From contig JBGAKK010000020.1 of assembly GCA_044224425.1 (NCBI GenBank), positions 1 through 64,000 on the forward strand: DNA of 64,000 bases, read 5' to 3'. The position numbers and the translations under genes were made by a program. Shown one piece after another: positions 1 through 8,458 of the stretch. The notes beneath the pieces were generated by a model, which worked only from the letters and a program-made list of their open reading frames with translations, was not told where the DNA came from and did not search any database. How positions within the stretch are numbered: position 1 is the stretch's first letter; each line of letters opens with the position of its first letter. Origin of the DNA: Phycisphaerales bacterium. GTDB taxonomy: Bacteria > Planctomycetota > Phycisphaerae > Phycisphaerales > SM1A02.

Positions 1-176
1 GCCCCGAGATGCAGACGCTCTCGGAGCGGCCCTCGGACGTCGACCGGAACATCGCCACGACCTCGAACCAGGACGGCCGCATGTTCTGGATGGACCTCGG
101 TCGGGCCTTCTACCTCGACCGTCCCTCGAGCCTGAGCCCGTACTTCATCGTCCCCACCGGCGGGCAACCCCGCTAA
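1..176 (+). CDS. 3' end of a hypothetical protein (partial; runs off the window start)
   Basis: Open frame from the window edge to TAA at 174-176 (..PEMQTLSERPSDVDRNIATTSNQDGRMFWMDLGRAFYLDRPSSLSPYFIVPTGGQPR*); GC-rich third positions. No family recognised. Confidence 0.3.
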   Translation, partial: PEMQTLSERPSDVDRNIATTSNQDGRMFWMDLGRAFYLDRPSSLSPYFIVPTGGQPR

Positions 177-488
177 CCGCGCTCGCGTCGCGATCCGAAG
201 CGACCCGAGCAGCGGCCGGGGCCACCAGCCCCGCCCCTCGGGAGCCTCTCGGAGCGTGATGTCGGCATCGGACACCCAACCGATTCCACACGACCCCGAG
301 GCCTCGCCTCGGGGTCGTGTGCTTTGCGTCCGCTTCCTCGCTCCGGCCTTCCGCTCGATTCAGCGAGTCGTCACCCCTGGCTCGCCGACAGTGACCTGAC
401 CTCCCTACCCTCGACCGTCCGACCTGCCGTGCCTCCCGAACGCGCCCTTTCGATCGCCCTCGCCCTCCCCCGCTCGCTCGTGGGCGCG

Positions 489-1856
489 ATGGCCTCGAGC
501 TTCCATCCCAAGCGGCTGCCGCCGATGCTGCGGGCGACCTACGCCCGGGAGCTCGTCTCCTGGATGTTCCTGCCCGTCATGCTGGGGGCGATCGAGGGCG
601 GCACCATCGCCATCGTGGTGAAGAAGAGTTTCACCGGGGCCCCTGGGCTCGATGACGGGGCCCTCAACCTCGCCGTCACCATCCTGACCGCGGCCCCCAA
701 CTTCGCGAACCTGACCAGCTTCCTGTGGGCGGGACTGGCCCGCGGTCGGGCCAAGGTGCCCTTCATCTCGGCCCTCCAGATCGCCACCGCGATCCTGGTC
801 GCCCTGATCGCCTTCGCCCCGTGGTCGCCCTTCGGGATGTGGTACGCGACCTGCCTCGCGGTGGTGGCCCGCACCACCTGGACCGGCGTCATCACGCTGC
901 GGACCGCGGTGTGGCGGAACAACTATCCCCACGCCAACCGAGCCACCGTGGCCGGCAAGATGGCCATCGTCCAGAGCCTGATGTTGGCCGTGGCCGGCTT
1001 CGTGATTGGCGAGAGCATGGACTGGGATCCGCGCTCGTTCCACGTCCTCTACCCGGCCTTGGCCGCGGTGGGCATCCTCGGCAACTCGATCTACCGGAAG
1101 GTCCGCCTGCGCGGCCAGCGCCGCCTCGCCCGCAGCGAACTCGCCGGCCGGAGCGGAGCGACCTTCACCTTGGCCCCCTGGTCCCTCGCCGCCGCCCTGG
1201 CCCGGGCCATGCACGACGTCTGGCGCGTCCTCGCCGACGATCGCCTCTACCGGGCCTTCATGCTGTGGATGTTCGTCTTCGGGCTCGGCAACCTGATGTT
1301 CATGGCCCCCTTGGCCCTCGTCCTCAACGACGAGTTCAAGGTCGGCTACTTCGAGGGGATCCTCATCAACACGGTGATCCCCTTGGTGATCATCCCCTTC
1401 GCCATCCCGCTCTGGGCGAGGCTGATGCACCGGAGCCACATCATCGAGTTCCGGGCCCTCCACGGCTGGACCTTCGTGGCCGGCAGCATCGCCATGTGGC
1501 TGGCCAGCCAGCTCCACGCCTTCTGGCTCTTCCATGTCTCGGCGGCGATCCTCGGCGTGGCCTACGCCGGCGGCATGCTGGCCTGGAACCTCGGCCACCA
1601 CGACTTCGCCCCGGCCCACAAGGACGCCCAGTACATGGCCGCCCACGTGACCTTGAACGGCCTGCGCGGACTGCTCGCTCCGGTCCTCAGCTACACCCTC
1701 TACGAGTGGCTCAAGGCCCGCGGCCAAGTGCCGCTGGTCTTCCTCATCTGCGTCCTCGTCAACATCGTCGGCGTGCTGGGGTTCATGTCCATGCGCCGCC
1801 AGCTGCGCCGATCGCGGGCCGCGGCGGCCGAGACGGAAGCGGCGCCGGCGGAGTGA
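489..1856 (+). CDS. polytopic membrane transporter (MFS-like)
   Basis: ORF 324..1856. About 12 hydrophobic segments separated by short charged loops. GC3 is low in the first ~50 codons, so ATG 489 (MASSFHPKRLPP..) is the preferred start. No diagnostic motif beyond the topology. Confidence 0.5.
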   Translation: MASSFHPKRLPPMLRATYARELVSWMFLPVMLGAIEGGTIAIVVKKSFTGAPGLDDGALNLAVTILTAAPNFANLTSFLWAGLARGRAKVPFISALQIATAILVALIAFAPWSPFGMWYATCLAVVARTTWTGVITLRTAVWRNNYPHANRATVAGKMAIVQSLMLAVAGFVIGESMDWDPRSFHVLYPALAAVGILGNSIYRKVRLRGQRRLARSELAGRSGATFTLAPWSLAAALARAMHDVWRVLADDRLYRAFMLWMFVFGLGNLMFMAPLALVLNDEFKVGYFEGILINTVIPLVIIPFAIPLWARLMHRSHIIEFRALHGWTFVAGSIAMWLASQLHAFWLFHVSAAILGVAYAGGMLAWNLGHHDFAPAHKDAQYMAAHVTLNGLRGLLAPVLSYTLYEWLKARGQVPLVFLICVLVNIVGVLGFMSMRRQLRRSRAAAAETEAAPAE

Positions 1857-1916
1857 GAGGAGCCTCTCTGCTGTCTGCTGTCCGCTCACCGCTCTCTCGC
1901 GGCGCAGCCGCGCCGC

Positions 1917-2735
1917 TCACGTCGGCGCGATCCGCACGCCCTCGGCCCAGTTGATCGCGTACCACAGCACGCCGTCGGGCCGGCCCGCGAAGGCGGCGAG
2001 CTCGTCGAGCCCCGCCGCGAAGAGGCCGGCGTCGACCGCACCGGTGGCGATGATGTGGGCCCGGGCCCCGATGAAGATGTTCCGCAGGTTGGCGATCACC
2101 GCCGGGAAGAGCGGCTCGCCAGCGCAGGCGTGGAAGGGAAGGAGCCGCACGCGGCGCGGCAGGCATCCTGCGGCGTAGAGGAGCGAGGTCAGCCGCCGGC
2201 CGACGTAGGGATCGCAACCCAGCCGGTCGTAGACCCGGATGAGCCCGTTCCACACCGCCATGACCCGCGGGGCGTCGGGCCACAGGCGGAGCTGGGCGTG
2301 GTCGTCGTCCTCGAGGACGACGCGGCCCGCGGGTCGGGCCGCCCGGGCCATGGCGTTCACCACCTTCTGCGGATCGTGGACGTGCTCGAGGAGGAAGCGG
2401 GCGTGCACGATGTCGAAGGACCCGACCTCGGCCTCAAGGAGCGGCGGGTTGTCGGCGAGGCCGGCCCGCTGCTCGAGGAAGTGCCCCTCGCCCGCCTCCG
2501 CGGCGAGGGCCGCGGCGCGGACCATCTGCTCCTCGCTCCGCTCGATGCAGACCACGGTCCGCTGGGTCAGCCGAGCCACGGCCCGGGCGAAGAGCCCGAG
2601 CCCCGAGCCGACCTCGAGCACCCGCTCCCCCGGCCGCGGAGCGAGGGCCTCAAGCGAAGCGGCGTTGATGAGCTCGTTCATCGCCGCCAGGCGAGCCTGC
2701 TCCTCGGGGTCGGTGCCGTGCAGGTAGGTGGTCAT
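1917..2735 (-). CDS. class I SAM-dependent methyltransferase
   Basis: The upstream part of the ORF is low-complexity, so the start is placed at MTTYLHG (ATG 2735). Rossmann SAM-binding motif VLEVGSGLGLFA, then acidic residue and DIVHARFLLEHV motifs. Confidence 0.75.
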   Translation of the reverse strand: MTTYLHGTDPEEQARLAAMNELINAASLEALAPRPGERVLEVGSGLGLFARAVARLTQRTVVCIERSEEQMVRAAALAAEAGEGHFLEQRAGLADNPPLLEAEVGSFDIVHARFLLEHVHDPQKVVNAMARAARPAGRVVLEDDDHAQLRLWPDAPRVMAVWNGLIRVYDRLGCDPYVGRRLTSLLYAAGCLPRRVRLLPFHACAGEPLFPAVIANLRNIFIGARAHIIATGAVDAGLFAAGLDELAAFAGRPDGVLWYAINWAEGVRIAPT

Positions 2736-3064
2736 GCGTTGCTCCTCGCGGCCGTCGACGGATGGTAGGCAACGGCAGGTCGCCCCACGGCATCCCCGCG
2801 GCGTCCCAGCGTCCGGACCGCCGCCGCCCCGGCCGCGAAAAAGCCCCCTTCCCCCTTCCTCCCCCCGGAGCCTCCCGTATACTCGCCCCCTTCCCCCAAA
2901 GCGGTTCCGGCCCGGGGCGTTCCCGGCCACCGCTCTCGCCTCTTTCCTTTCACCTGTCGTCGCCACCGTCGCCCCACGCGTGTGGGAGCCGCGGACCAGC
3001 CCAGGGAACCCCCGATCGGGGAGTGGGCCTCGCACACCGGCGACGACCCGAAGAACACGACAAC

Positions 3065-4837
3065 ATGGTCGACTACAACCTGATCGAGGACCTGCGCCTC
3101 GATGACACCGCCGCCGAGAAGATGCTCCGCGATGCCTTTGGCGACACCGTGGCCAAGGGCAACATGGAGAGCCTCCTCAAGACCGAAGACATCAAGAACT
3201 TCGAGCAGGGCTCGATCCTGAAGGGCCGGGTCGTCGGCTACGCCGGCGACTACGTGGTCATCGAGGTCGGCCTGAAGAGCGAAGGCCTGGTCGAGAAGAC
3301 CGAGTTCGAAGGCGACATCGCCGTCGGCGACGAAGTCGAGGTCCTCCTCGAGCAGCTGGAGGGCGAGGACGGCGGCGTCATCCTCTCCAAGCGCAAGGCC
3401 GACCGCATCCGCGGCTGGGAGCAGATCCTCCAGACCCGCAAGGAAGGCGACGTCGTCGAAGGCAAGTGCGTGCGGAAGATCAAGGGCGGCCTGCTCGTCG
3501 ACATCGGCGTGCCGGTCTTCCTCCCCGCCTCGCAGGTCGACGTCCGCCGCCCCGGCGACATCGGCGACTTCATCGGCAAGACGGTCCGCGCCGTCATCCT
3601 CAAGATCGACGAGGAACGCCGCAACATCGTCATCAGCCGCCGCAAGCTCATCGAGGAGGAGCGCGAGGAAGCCAAGCGCCGCCTGCTCGAGAACGTGAAG
3701 GAAGGCGACATCGTCAAGGGCACGGTCACCAACATCGCCGACTTCGGCGCCTTCGTGGACCTCGGCGGCATCGACGGCCTCCTCCACGTCACCGACATGT
3801 CGTGGGGCCGCGTCAACCACCCGAGCGAAGTGGTCCGGATCGGCGACGAGATCGAGGTCAAGATCCTCAACATCGAGCGCGAGCGGGAGAAGATCTCCCT
3901 CGGCCTCAAGCAGAAGGAGACCTCGCCGTGGGAGCAGATCGAGCGCAAGTACCCGGTGGGCTGCCGCGTGAAGGGTGCGGTCGTCAACCTGATGAGCTAC
4001 GGCGCGTTCGTGCGGCTTGAGGAAGGCATCGAAGGCCTCGTGCACATCTCCGAGATGTCCTGGACCCGCCGCGTCAACCACCCGAGCGAGGTGGTCAACG
4101 TGGGCGACGAGGTCGACGTGGTCGTCCTCGACATCAACAAGGACAAGCTCGAGATCTCGCTTGGCATGAAGCAGACCGAGGTCAACCCCTGGGAGCTCGT
4201 CGCCGAGAAGTACCCGCCGGGGACGATCATCGAGGGCAAGGTCCGCAACCTCGCCAACTACGGCGCCTTCATCGAGATCGAGCCGGGCATCGACGGCCTC
4301 CTCCACGTCAGCGACATCTCGTGGACCAAGAAGGTCGCCCACCCCAACGAGGTCTTCAAGAAGGGCGACACCGTCAAGTGCGTGGTCATCGACGTCGACC
4401 AGGAGAAGCAGCGGGTCGGCCTCGGCCTCAAGCAGCTCGCCGAGGACCCGTGGATCGAGGCCATCCCCTCGGCCTACCGCCCCGGCATGATCGTGAAGGG
4501 CCACATCACGAAGATCACCAACTTCGGCGTCTTCGTCGAGCTCGAGGAAGGCCTCGAAGGCCTGCTCCACATCAGCGAGCTCAGCGACCAGAAGGTCGAG
4601 AACCCGCAGGACGTGGTCAAGGTCGGGCAGGAGGTCGACGTCAAGATCCTCCGCGTCGACACCGACGACCGCAAGATCGGCCTCTCCCTCAAGCGGGCCC
4701 AGTGGGGTGCCGGCCCCGATCCCGCCCACGGCGGCGAGCGCGAATCGGCTCCTGGCGAGGGCCGCATCAAGCCCACCCGCGGCGGCATGGACGACCACGG
4801 CGCGATGGGCACCGACAAGATCCGCTTCGAACGGTGA
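3065..4837 (+). CDS. rpsA: 30S ribosomal protein S1
   Basis: Start MVDYNLIEDL at ATG 3065. Six tandem S1 RNA-binding domains (G.V.NI.DFGAFV.L..G.DGLLH.S..SW). 591 aa. Confidence 0.95.
   Translation: MVDYNLIEDLRLDDTAAEKMLRDAFGDTVAKGNMESLLKTEDIKNFEQGSILKGRVVGYAGDYVVIEVGLKSEGLVEKTEFEGDIAVGDEVEVLLEQLEGEDGGVILSKRKADRIRGWEQILQTRKEGDVVEGKCVRKIKGGLLVDIGVPVFLPASQVDVRRPGDIGDFIGKTVRAVILKIDEERRNIVISRRKLIEEEREEAKRRLLENVKEGDIVKGTVTNIADFGAFVDLGGIDGLLHVTDMSWGRVNHPSEVVRIGDEIEVKILNIEREREKISLGLKQKETSPWEQIERKYPVGCRVKGAVVNLMSYGAFVRLEEGIEGLVHISEMSWTRRVNHPSEVVNVGDEVDVVVLDINKDKLEISLGMKQTEVNPWELVAEKYPPGTIIEGKVRNLANYGAFIEIEPGIDGLLHVSDISWTKKVAHPNEVFKKGDTVKCVVIDVDQEKQRVGLGLKQLAEDPWIEAIPSAYRPGMIVKGHITKITNFGVFVELEEGLEGLLHISELSDQKVENPQDVVKVGQEVDVKILRVDTDDRKIGLSLKRAQWGAGPDPAHGGERESAPGEGRIKPTRGGMDDHGAMGTDKIRFER
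4555..4805 (+). repeat. direct repeat copy 1 (last ~250 bp of rpsA, in situ)
   Basis: Roughly 98% identical to 7861..8110; both copies were read directly from the sequence. Confidence 0.9.
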
Positions 4838-4864
4838 GCGGCAGGCGCATCGGATGACACGACA

Positions 4865-4893
4865 AGCCCCGGCCGGAAGGCCGGGGCTTTTTC
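4865..4893 (+). terminator. intrinsic terminator after rpsA (bidirectional with the convergent 4927..5541 gene)
   Basis: agccccggcc-ggaa-ggccggggct followed by ttttt, immediately after the rpsA stop. Confidence 0.6.
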
Positions 4894-4926
4894 GTTGGGG
4901 GGACGGAAGTGCCGCGAGCGATGCAC

Positions 4927-5541
4927 TCAACGCCGGCGACGACCAGCCATCGCGAACCCAAGCGTCACCAACGCCAGGGTCCCCGGCCCTGGGATGTCGA
5001 CGACGTAGATGCTGTCGAAGTAGTCCGCGGCAACCATCACGCGGTTGAAGTCGAAATCCGTCGTCCATCCGAAGAAGTGGATGCCGTTGAAGTTGTGCCC
5101 GAGTCCCGGAGACGAGTAGATCGAGCCTTGGAGCACCCCGTCGAGGTAGAACTCGGCATAGGCGATGGCAAAGCCGTTCGGCGCCCAGCGATCGAAGGCG
5201 AACGCCCGCTGGTGGGTGCCGAAGACGATCGACGGCTGATCCTCATAGAAGCCAGCGACTGGCTTCCCGATCCAGCCGTCCGAGGCTGCCACGTTCTGGC
5301 TGAGCCCCCAGTTGCAGCCGCCCGGCACGAACTTGCTGGCAAGCGTGATGCCGAGGCTGGCATAGAAGTCCTGCGACACCACGGAGGGACTCCCGGTCGG
5401 CGACGCGAAATCCGCCTTCCAGGACTGTCCCACGGCAGCGTCCCACAACGGCTTCTCGTCGATGTAGGCGACGATCGACGCCTGGGCCTCGGCGGCGACG
5501 GCGAGCGCAGGACCGAACACGCACAAGTTCCTCGCGGTCAT
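4927..5541 (-). CDS. secreted protein with PEP-CTERM-like sorting signal
   Basis: N-terminal signal peptide (MTARNLCVFGPALAVAAEAQA). C-terminus ..VVDIPGPGTLALVTLGFAMAGRRRR has a P-G-P motif, a hydrophobic helix and an Arg cluster. Strong RBS ggagggagg 7 nt upstream. Start ATG sits 1 nt after the stop of the upstream gene. Confidence 0.6.
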   Translation of the reverse strand: MTARNLCVFGPALAVAAEAQASIVAYIDEKPLWDAAVGQSWKADFASPTGSPSVVSQDFYASLGITLASKFVPGGCNWGLSQNVAASDGWIGKPVAGFYEDQPSIVFGTHQRAFAFDRWAPNGFAIAYAEFYLDGVLQGSIYSSPGLGHNFNGIHFFGWTTDFDFNRVMVAADYFDSIYVVDIPGPGTLALVTLGFAMAGRRRR

Positions 5542-5542
5542 G

Positions 5543-7297
5543 TCAGCCTCCCTCCTGCGCTTCCAAGAGCGCCAGCAACTCCTCCAGCACGGCCTGCCGT
5601 TCCGTCGGGCCGGCCGACTCGCACCACGCGCTCAGCGCCTCGATCGACGCGAAGCCCATGGCGGCGGCGGCCGCGGCCGCCGCGTTTCCCGCCTCCAGCG
5701 ACGAAGCCTCGCTCTGTTGCTCCATGGCTGACGCGCCGCAGCCGTCGAGCCCGGAGCATGGCCAGGCGATCGCGACCGGCGCGTTCGACCAGGCCCCGAG
5801 GAGGATGGCAAGGTCGGATGCCCCGACCGCCTGGTCCTCGTCGAGGTCCGCGGACTCCACGACGCAGACCGTCTGGGAGCCCCACGCCCCGAGCAGGATG
5901 CCGAGGTCTGCCGCGCTCACCCGGAAGTCGCCGTTGAGGTCGGCAATCGCCGTCACGACGCCTGCGTAGAAGTTCTGCGACGCGGAGCAGGTCGTCGGCG
6001 AGCCGGGCAGGAGGGGCGATGCCGCCACGATGACCGCGATGTGCCCGAGTTGGTTGGTGTCGTAGGCATGCACGGCAGCCAAAGCCTCGTTCACGTTCAC
6101 CTCGTCGACCTTGTGCACGCACCACGACCCGTCGGAGCATTGGTCCCATGCGAGCGCCTCAGGCGCCAAGGCGGTCAAGGTCCAACCGACGACGCGATGG
6201 TGATCGCACATCGGGAGGCTGCCCTCGGCCGTACCCTCGGTGACGGGCGACGGCAGAGGCAGTGGCGGCACCGGGTCGACATAGGCGACCGGCGACGTCG
6301 CGTCCTCCCAGAAGGCGGGGCGCCGCACGCAGTCCACCTCCGGGTCCGGCACGTTGTACGACCCCGGGACGAAGCCCGTCTCGTCGATCCCGCGGGCGTA
6401 GGTCGTCTGGGCCGCCACCTCGTCGGAGGCGAACTCCTCGCGACGGAGCCAGATCGGCGAGCCGACCCCGGTCGCGAGCGCCCCGACTTGGAAGTCACCC
6501 GTGCAGGAGGTCCCCGCGTTGTCGCCGGCACATTGGTCCACGCTCGTGGTGCTCGGCATTTGGTAGGACATCGCCAACGGCTGGTTGTCCGCCACGTCGG
6601 TGAAGTAGATCTCGTGGGACGAGAGCCAGGTGGATCCGGTCGCCGGGTCGGGCTGCACGGGCGTCAGGGAGTAGACGGGATTCTGCCCGAGACGGAACGA
6701 CGCCGGTCGCATGTCACCCGGGCAGGTCGGCAGCCCGCAGGCGCCGACGATGCGAGGGTCCTGCCCGCCGACCCGCTCGACCGCCAAGGCGATCGACCAC
6801 GAGACGGCCTCGCTGTCCGGGTCGTCGAGCGGCTTGTTCACCTGGACCGGGTTCATGGTGTTGCCGGGCATATTCCACGCGAAGGCGTAGAGCCCGTCGT
6901 CGAGGTACTCGCCGCCCCGCCCGCCCACCACCAACCCGTCGTCGGTCACGTCGTTGGCGTAGCCGGCCTCCTCGGTGCCACCGCCGAAGAGCGAAAGGAG
7001 GTCGTAGAAGCCGGGACTGAGGCCGTAGGACGCGGTGGTCAGCCAGATGAAAGGTCGCGGGCGCCAGACATCATCGGAGACCTCCTTGAGATACGTGCCC
7101 ACCATCAGTCCGTCGTCGTTGATCGCGAGCGTGCCGGCACCGGTGGCGCCACCCCGCTGGCCGATCACGTACCCGGCCCCGACGTACGCGGACCCCACCT
7201 CGGCCTCCAGGATGGGCACCACTCGCCAGGTCCGTTCCACGGGGCTCGGCGGGCACTGACCCGCCGTCAGGGTCGAGATGGTCAGCCCTGCCGCCAC
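5543..7297 (-). CDS. large extracellular protein with C-terminal dockerin-like repeats
   Basis: C-terminus has two ADLNGDFRVSAADLGILLGAWG / DLDEDQAVGASDLAILLGAWS repeats. GTG start at 7297; an in-frame TAG lies just upstream. Translationally coupled to the PEP-CTERM gene. Confidence 0.6.
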   Translation of the reverse strand: MAAGLTISTLTAGQCPPSPVERTWRVVPILEAEVGSAYVGAGYVIGQRGGATGAGTLAINDDGLMVGTYLKEVSDDVWRPRPFIWLTTASYGLSPGFYDLLSLFGGGTEEAGYANDVTDDGLVVGGRGGEYLDDGLYAFAWNMPGNTMNPVQVNKPLDDPDSEAVSWSIALAVERVGGQDPRIVGACGLPTCPGDMRPASFRLGQNPVYSLTPVQPDPATGSTWLSSHEIYFTDVADNQPLAMSYQMPSTTSVDQCAGDNAGTSCTGDFQVGALATGVGSPIWLRREEFASDEVAAQTTYARGIDETGFVPGSYNVPDPEVDCVRRPAFWEDATSPVAYVDPVPPLPLPSPVTEGTAEGSLPMCDHHRVVGWTLTALAPEALAWDQCSDGSWCVHKVDEVNVNEALAAVHAYDTNQLGHIAVIVAASPLLPGSPTTCSASQNFYAGVVTAIADLNGDFRVSAADLGILLGAWGSQTVCVVESADLDEDQAVGASDLAILLGAWSNAPVAIAWPCSGLDGCGASAMEQQSEASSLEAGNAAAAAAAAMGFASIEALSAWCESAGPTERQAVLEELLALLEAQEGG

Positions 7298-7346
7298 GAC
7301 CGCTACCCGACCAAGGGACGCCTCGGACCGGCGACCCTGCCTACGC

Positions 7347-7380
7347 GTGTTGTGTTGTGTTGTGTTGTGTTGTGTTGTGC
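7347..7380. repeat. pentanucleotide microsatellite (TGTGT/GTTGT)x6-7
   Basis: gtgttgtgttgtgttgtgttgtgttgtgttgtgc, 50-83 nt upstream of the GTG start of the 5543..7297 gene. Confidence 0.9.
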
Positions 7381-7860
7381 TCTGAGTCGCATGGCGAGCT
7401 CCTGCTCGCGTCAGCGATGGAGTGGCGGAAGACCCCGAAGCGGGTGGCCCCGCCCGCCAGCAACCGTTTGCGCGCGGGACGCACAGGTGCGTCCGCTCGA
7501 CTGCTGGGCTCTCCCTTGCTCGATGCTATACGTAAGGCGCGGAGAGACTCCGTCGGAATCTGTCGAATCGAGATTCCTTTCACCAGTGCTCGCACGCGCG
7601 CGGGCCTGCATCGGAATTCGGGCGACGCCCTCCTCGTCCCGATCAACCCCATCTCGGCCAACGCACGGTTCGGTGCATCACCGACGATGCGTCCGGGTCT
7701 CGGCAGCATGGCTTCCGAGCACCGCACCGCTCGCGAATAGGCAGCCTCCCGCCCGATCGCCCCCGTTTCGCCCCGGTCCCAGCAAGGACCGCGATTCGTA
7801 CGATGCCGATGACCCCTGATTGGCGGAGCGGTGTGGCGTCGCCGCGAAGAAGCGTAGGCA

Positions 7861-8110
7861 CGAAGGCCTGCTCCACATCAGCGAGCTGAGCGACCAGAAG
7901 GTCGAGAACCCGCAGGACGTGGTCAAGGTCGGGCAGGAGGTCGACGTCAAGATCCTCCGCGTCGACACCGACGACCGCAAGATCGGCCTCTCCCTCAAGC
8001 GGGCCCAGTGGGGCGCCGGCCCCGATCCCGCCCACGGCGGCGAGCGCGAGTCGGCTCCTGGCGAGGGCCGCATCAAGCCCACCCGCGGCGGCATGGACGA
8101 CCATGGCGCC
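7861..8110 (+). repeat. direct repeat copy 2: orphan duplicate of the rpsA 3' end (non-functional fragment)
   Basis: Encodes GLLHISELSDQKVENPQDVVKVGQEVDVKILRVDTDDRKIGLSLKRAQWGAGPDPAHGGERESAPGEGRIKPTRGGMDDHGA, identical to the S1 C-terminus, with 4-5 nucleotide mismatches over 250 bp. It lacks the rest of rpsA. Confidence 0.9.
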
Positions 8111-8458
8111 ATCGCTGCGTTACGCGGGAGTGCGGCGCCCTCTCGCGGCGCAGCCGCGCCTCTTTGCGCCGCCCTTATTCCCTGCTCGTGGACAACGCGT
8201 TTCTTATGCCGCGTTGATGACCCCGCGCGGCGCTGTCGTGGCGCGGGGTCGCTTCGCTGCCAACCGTCGTGGCGGCCGCGCGGCGACGGTTGCCTCGGCC
8301 GGCGGCCAAACAGTTGGCAGGCGGGGCGGCTTGCCTCGCCACGGGGTCTCCGTAGCATCGCCCCAACCACCGGGCCCCGTGCCCGGCGCTGGCCTTGCCG
8401 CCGGCGTCGGGACGGACTCGAACCGCCCGGTCCCCCGCTTGCGGGGATAGGAGAGACC

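Noticed and set aside
2732-5068. Very long antisense ORFs opposite real genes: 2732..5068 (-) opposite rpsA, 15692..18745 (-), 28347..32051 (+) opposite TPR-CHAT, 58187..62098 (+) opposite dnaE, 405..1889 (-), 25312-region overlaps, and others
   Set aside because: They are low-complexity (A/G/R/D/E/P-rich) with no domain features, and each lies opposite a gene with clear homology. They arise from stop-codon scarcity at ~70% GC.
4838-7860. Calling the rpsA-flanked insert a mobile element
   Set aside because: No integrase, transposase, relaxase or inverted terminal repeats were found. Only the direct-repeat footprint is reported, as a finding rather than a mobile_element feature.
8401-8450. 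tRNA-like T-arm (GGCGGTTCGAGTCCGTC) on the minus strand just upstream of the flotillin start
   Set aside because: Extending to a full cloverleaf fails: the acceptor 5' strand does not pair with ..CCGACGC, and the 5' end would overlap the flotillin start codon. Most likely a chance match or a tRNA remnant; not called.
7820-8458. N-terminal 213 codons of ORF 7820..10453 (would fuse an S1 C-terminal fragment to flotillin)
   Set aside because: The reading frame is open by chance through the duplicated rpsA fragment and the intergenic DNA. A good RBS and a conserved flotillin N-terminus begin at 8459.
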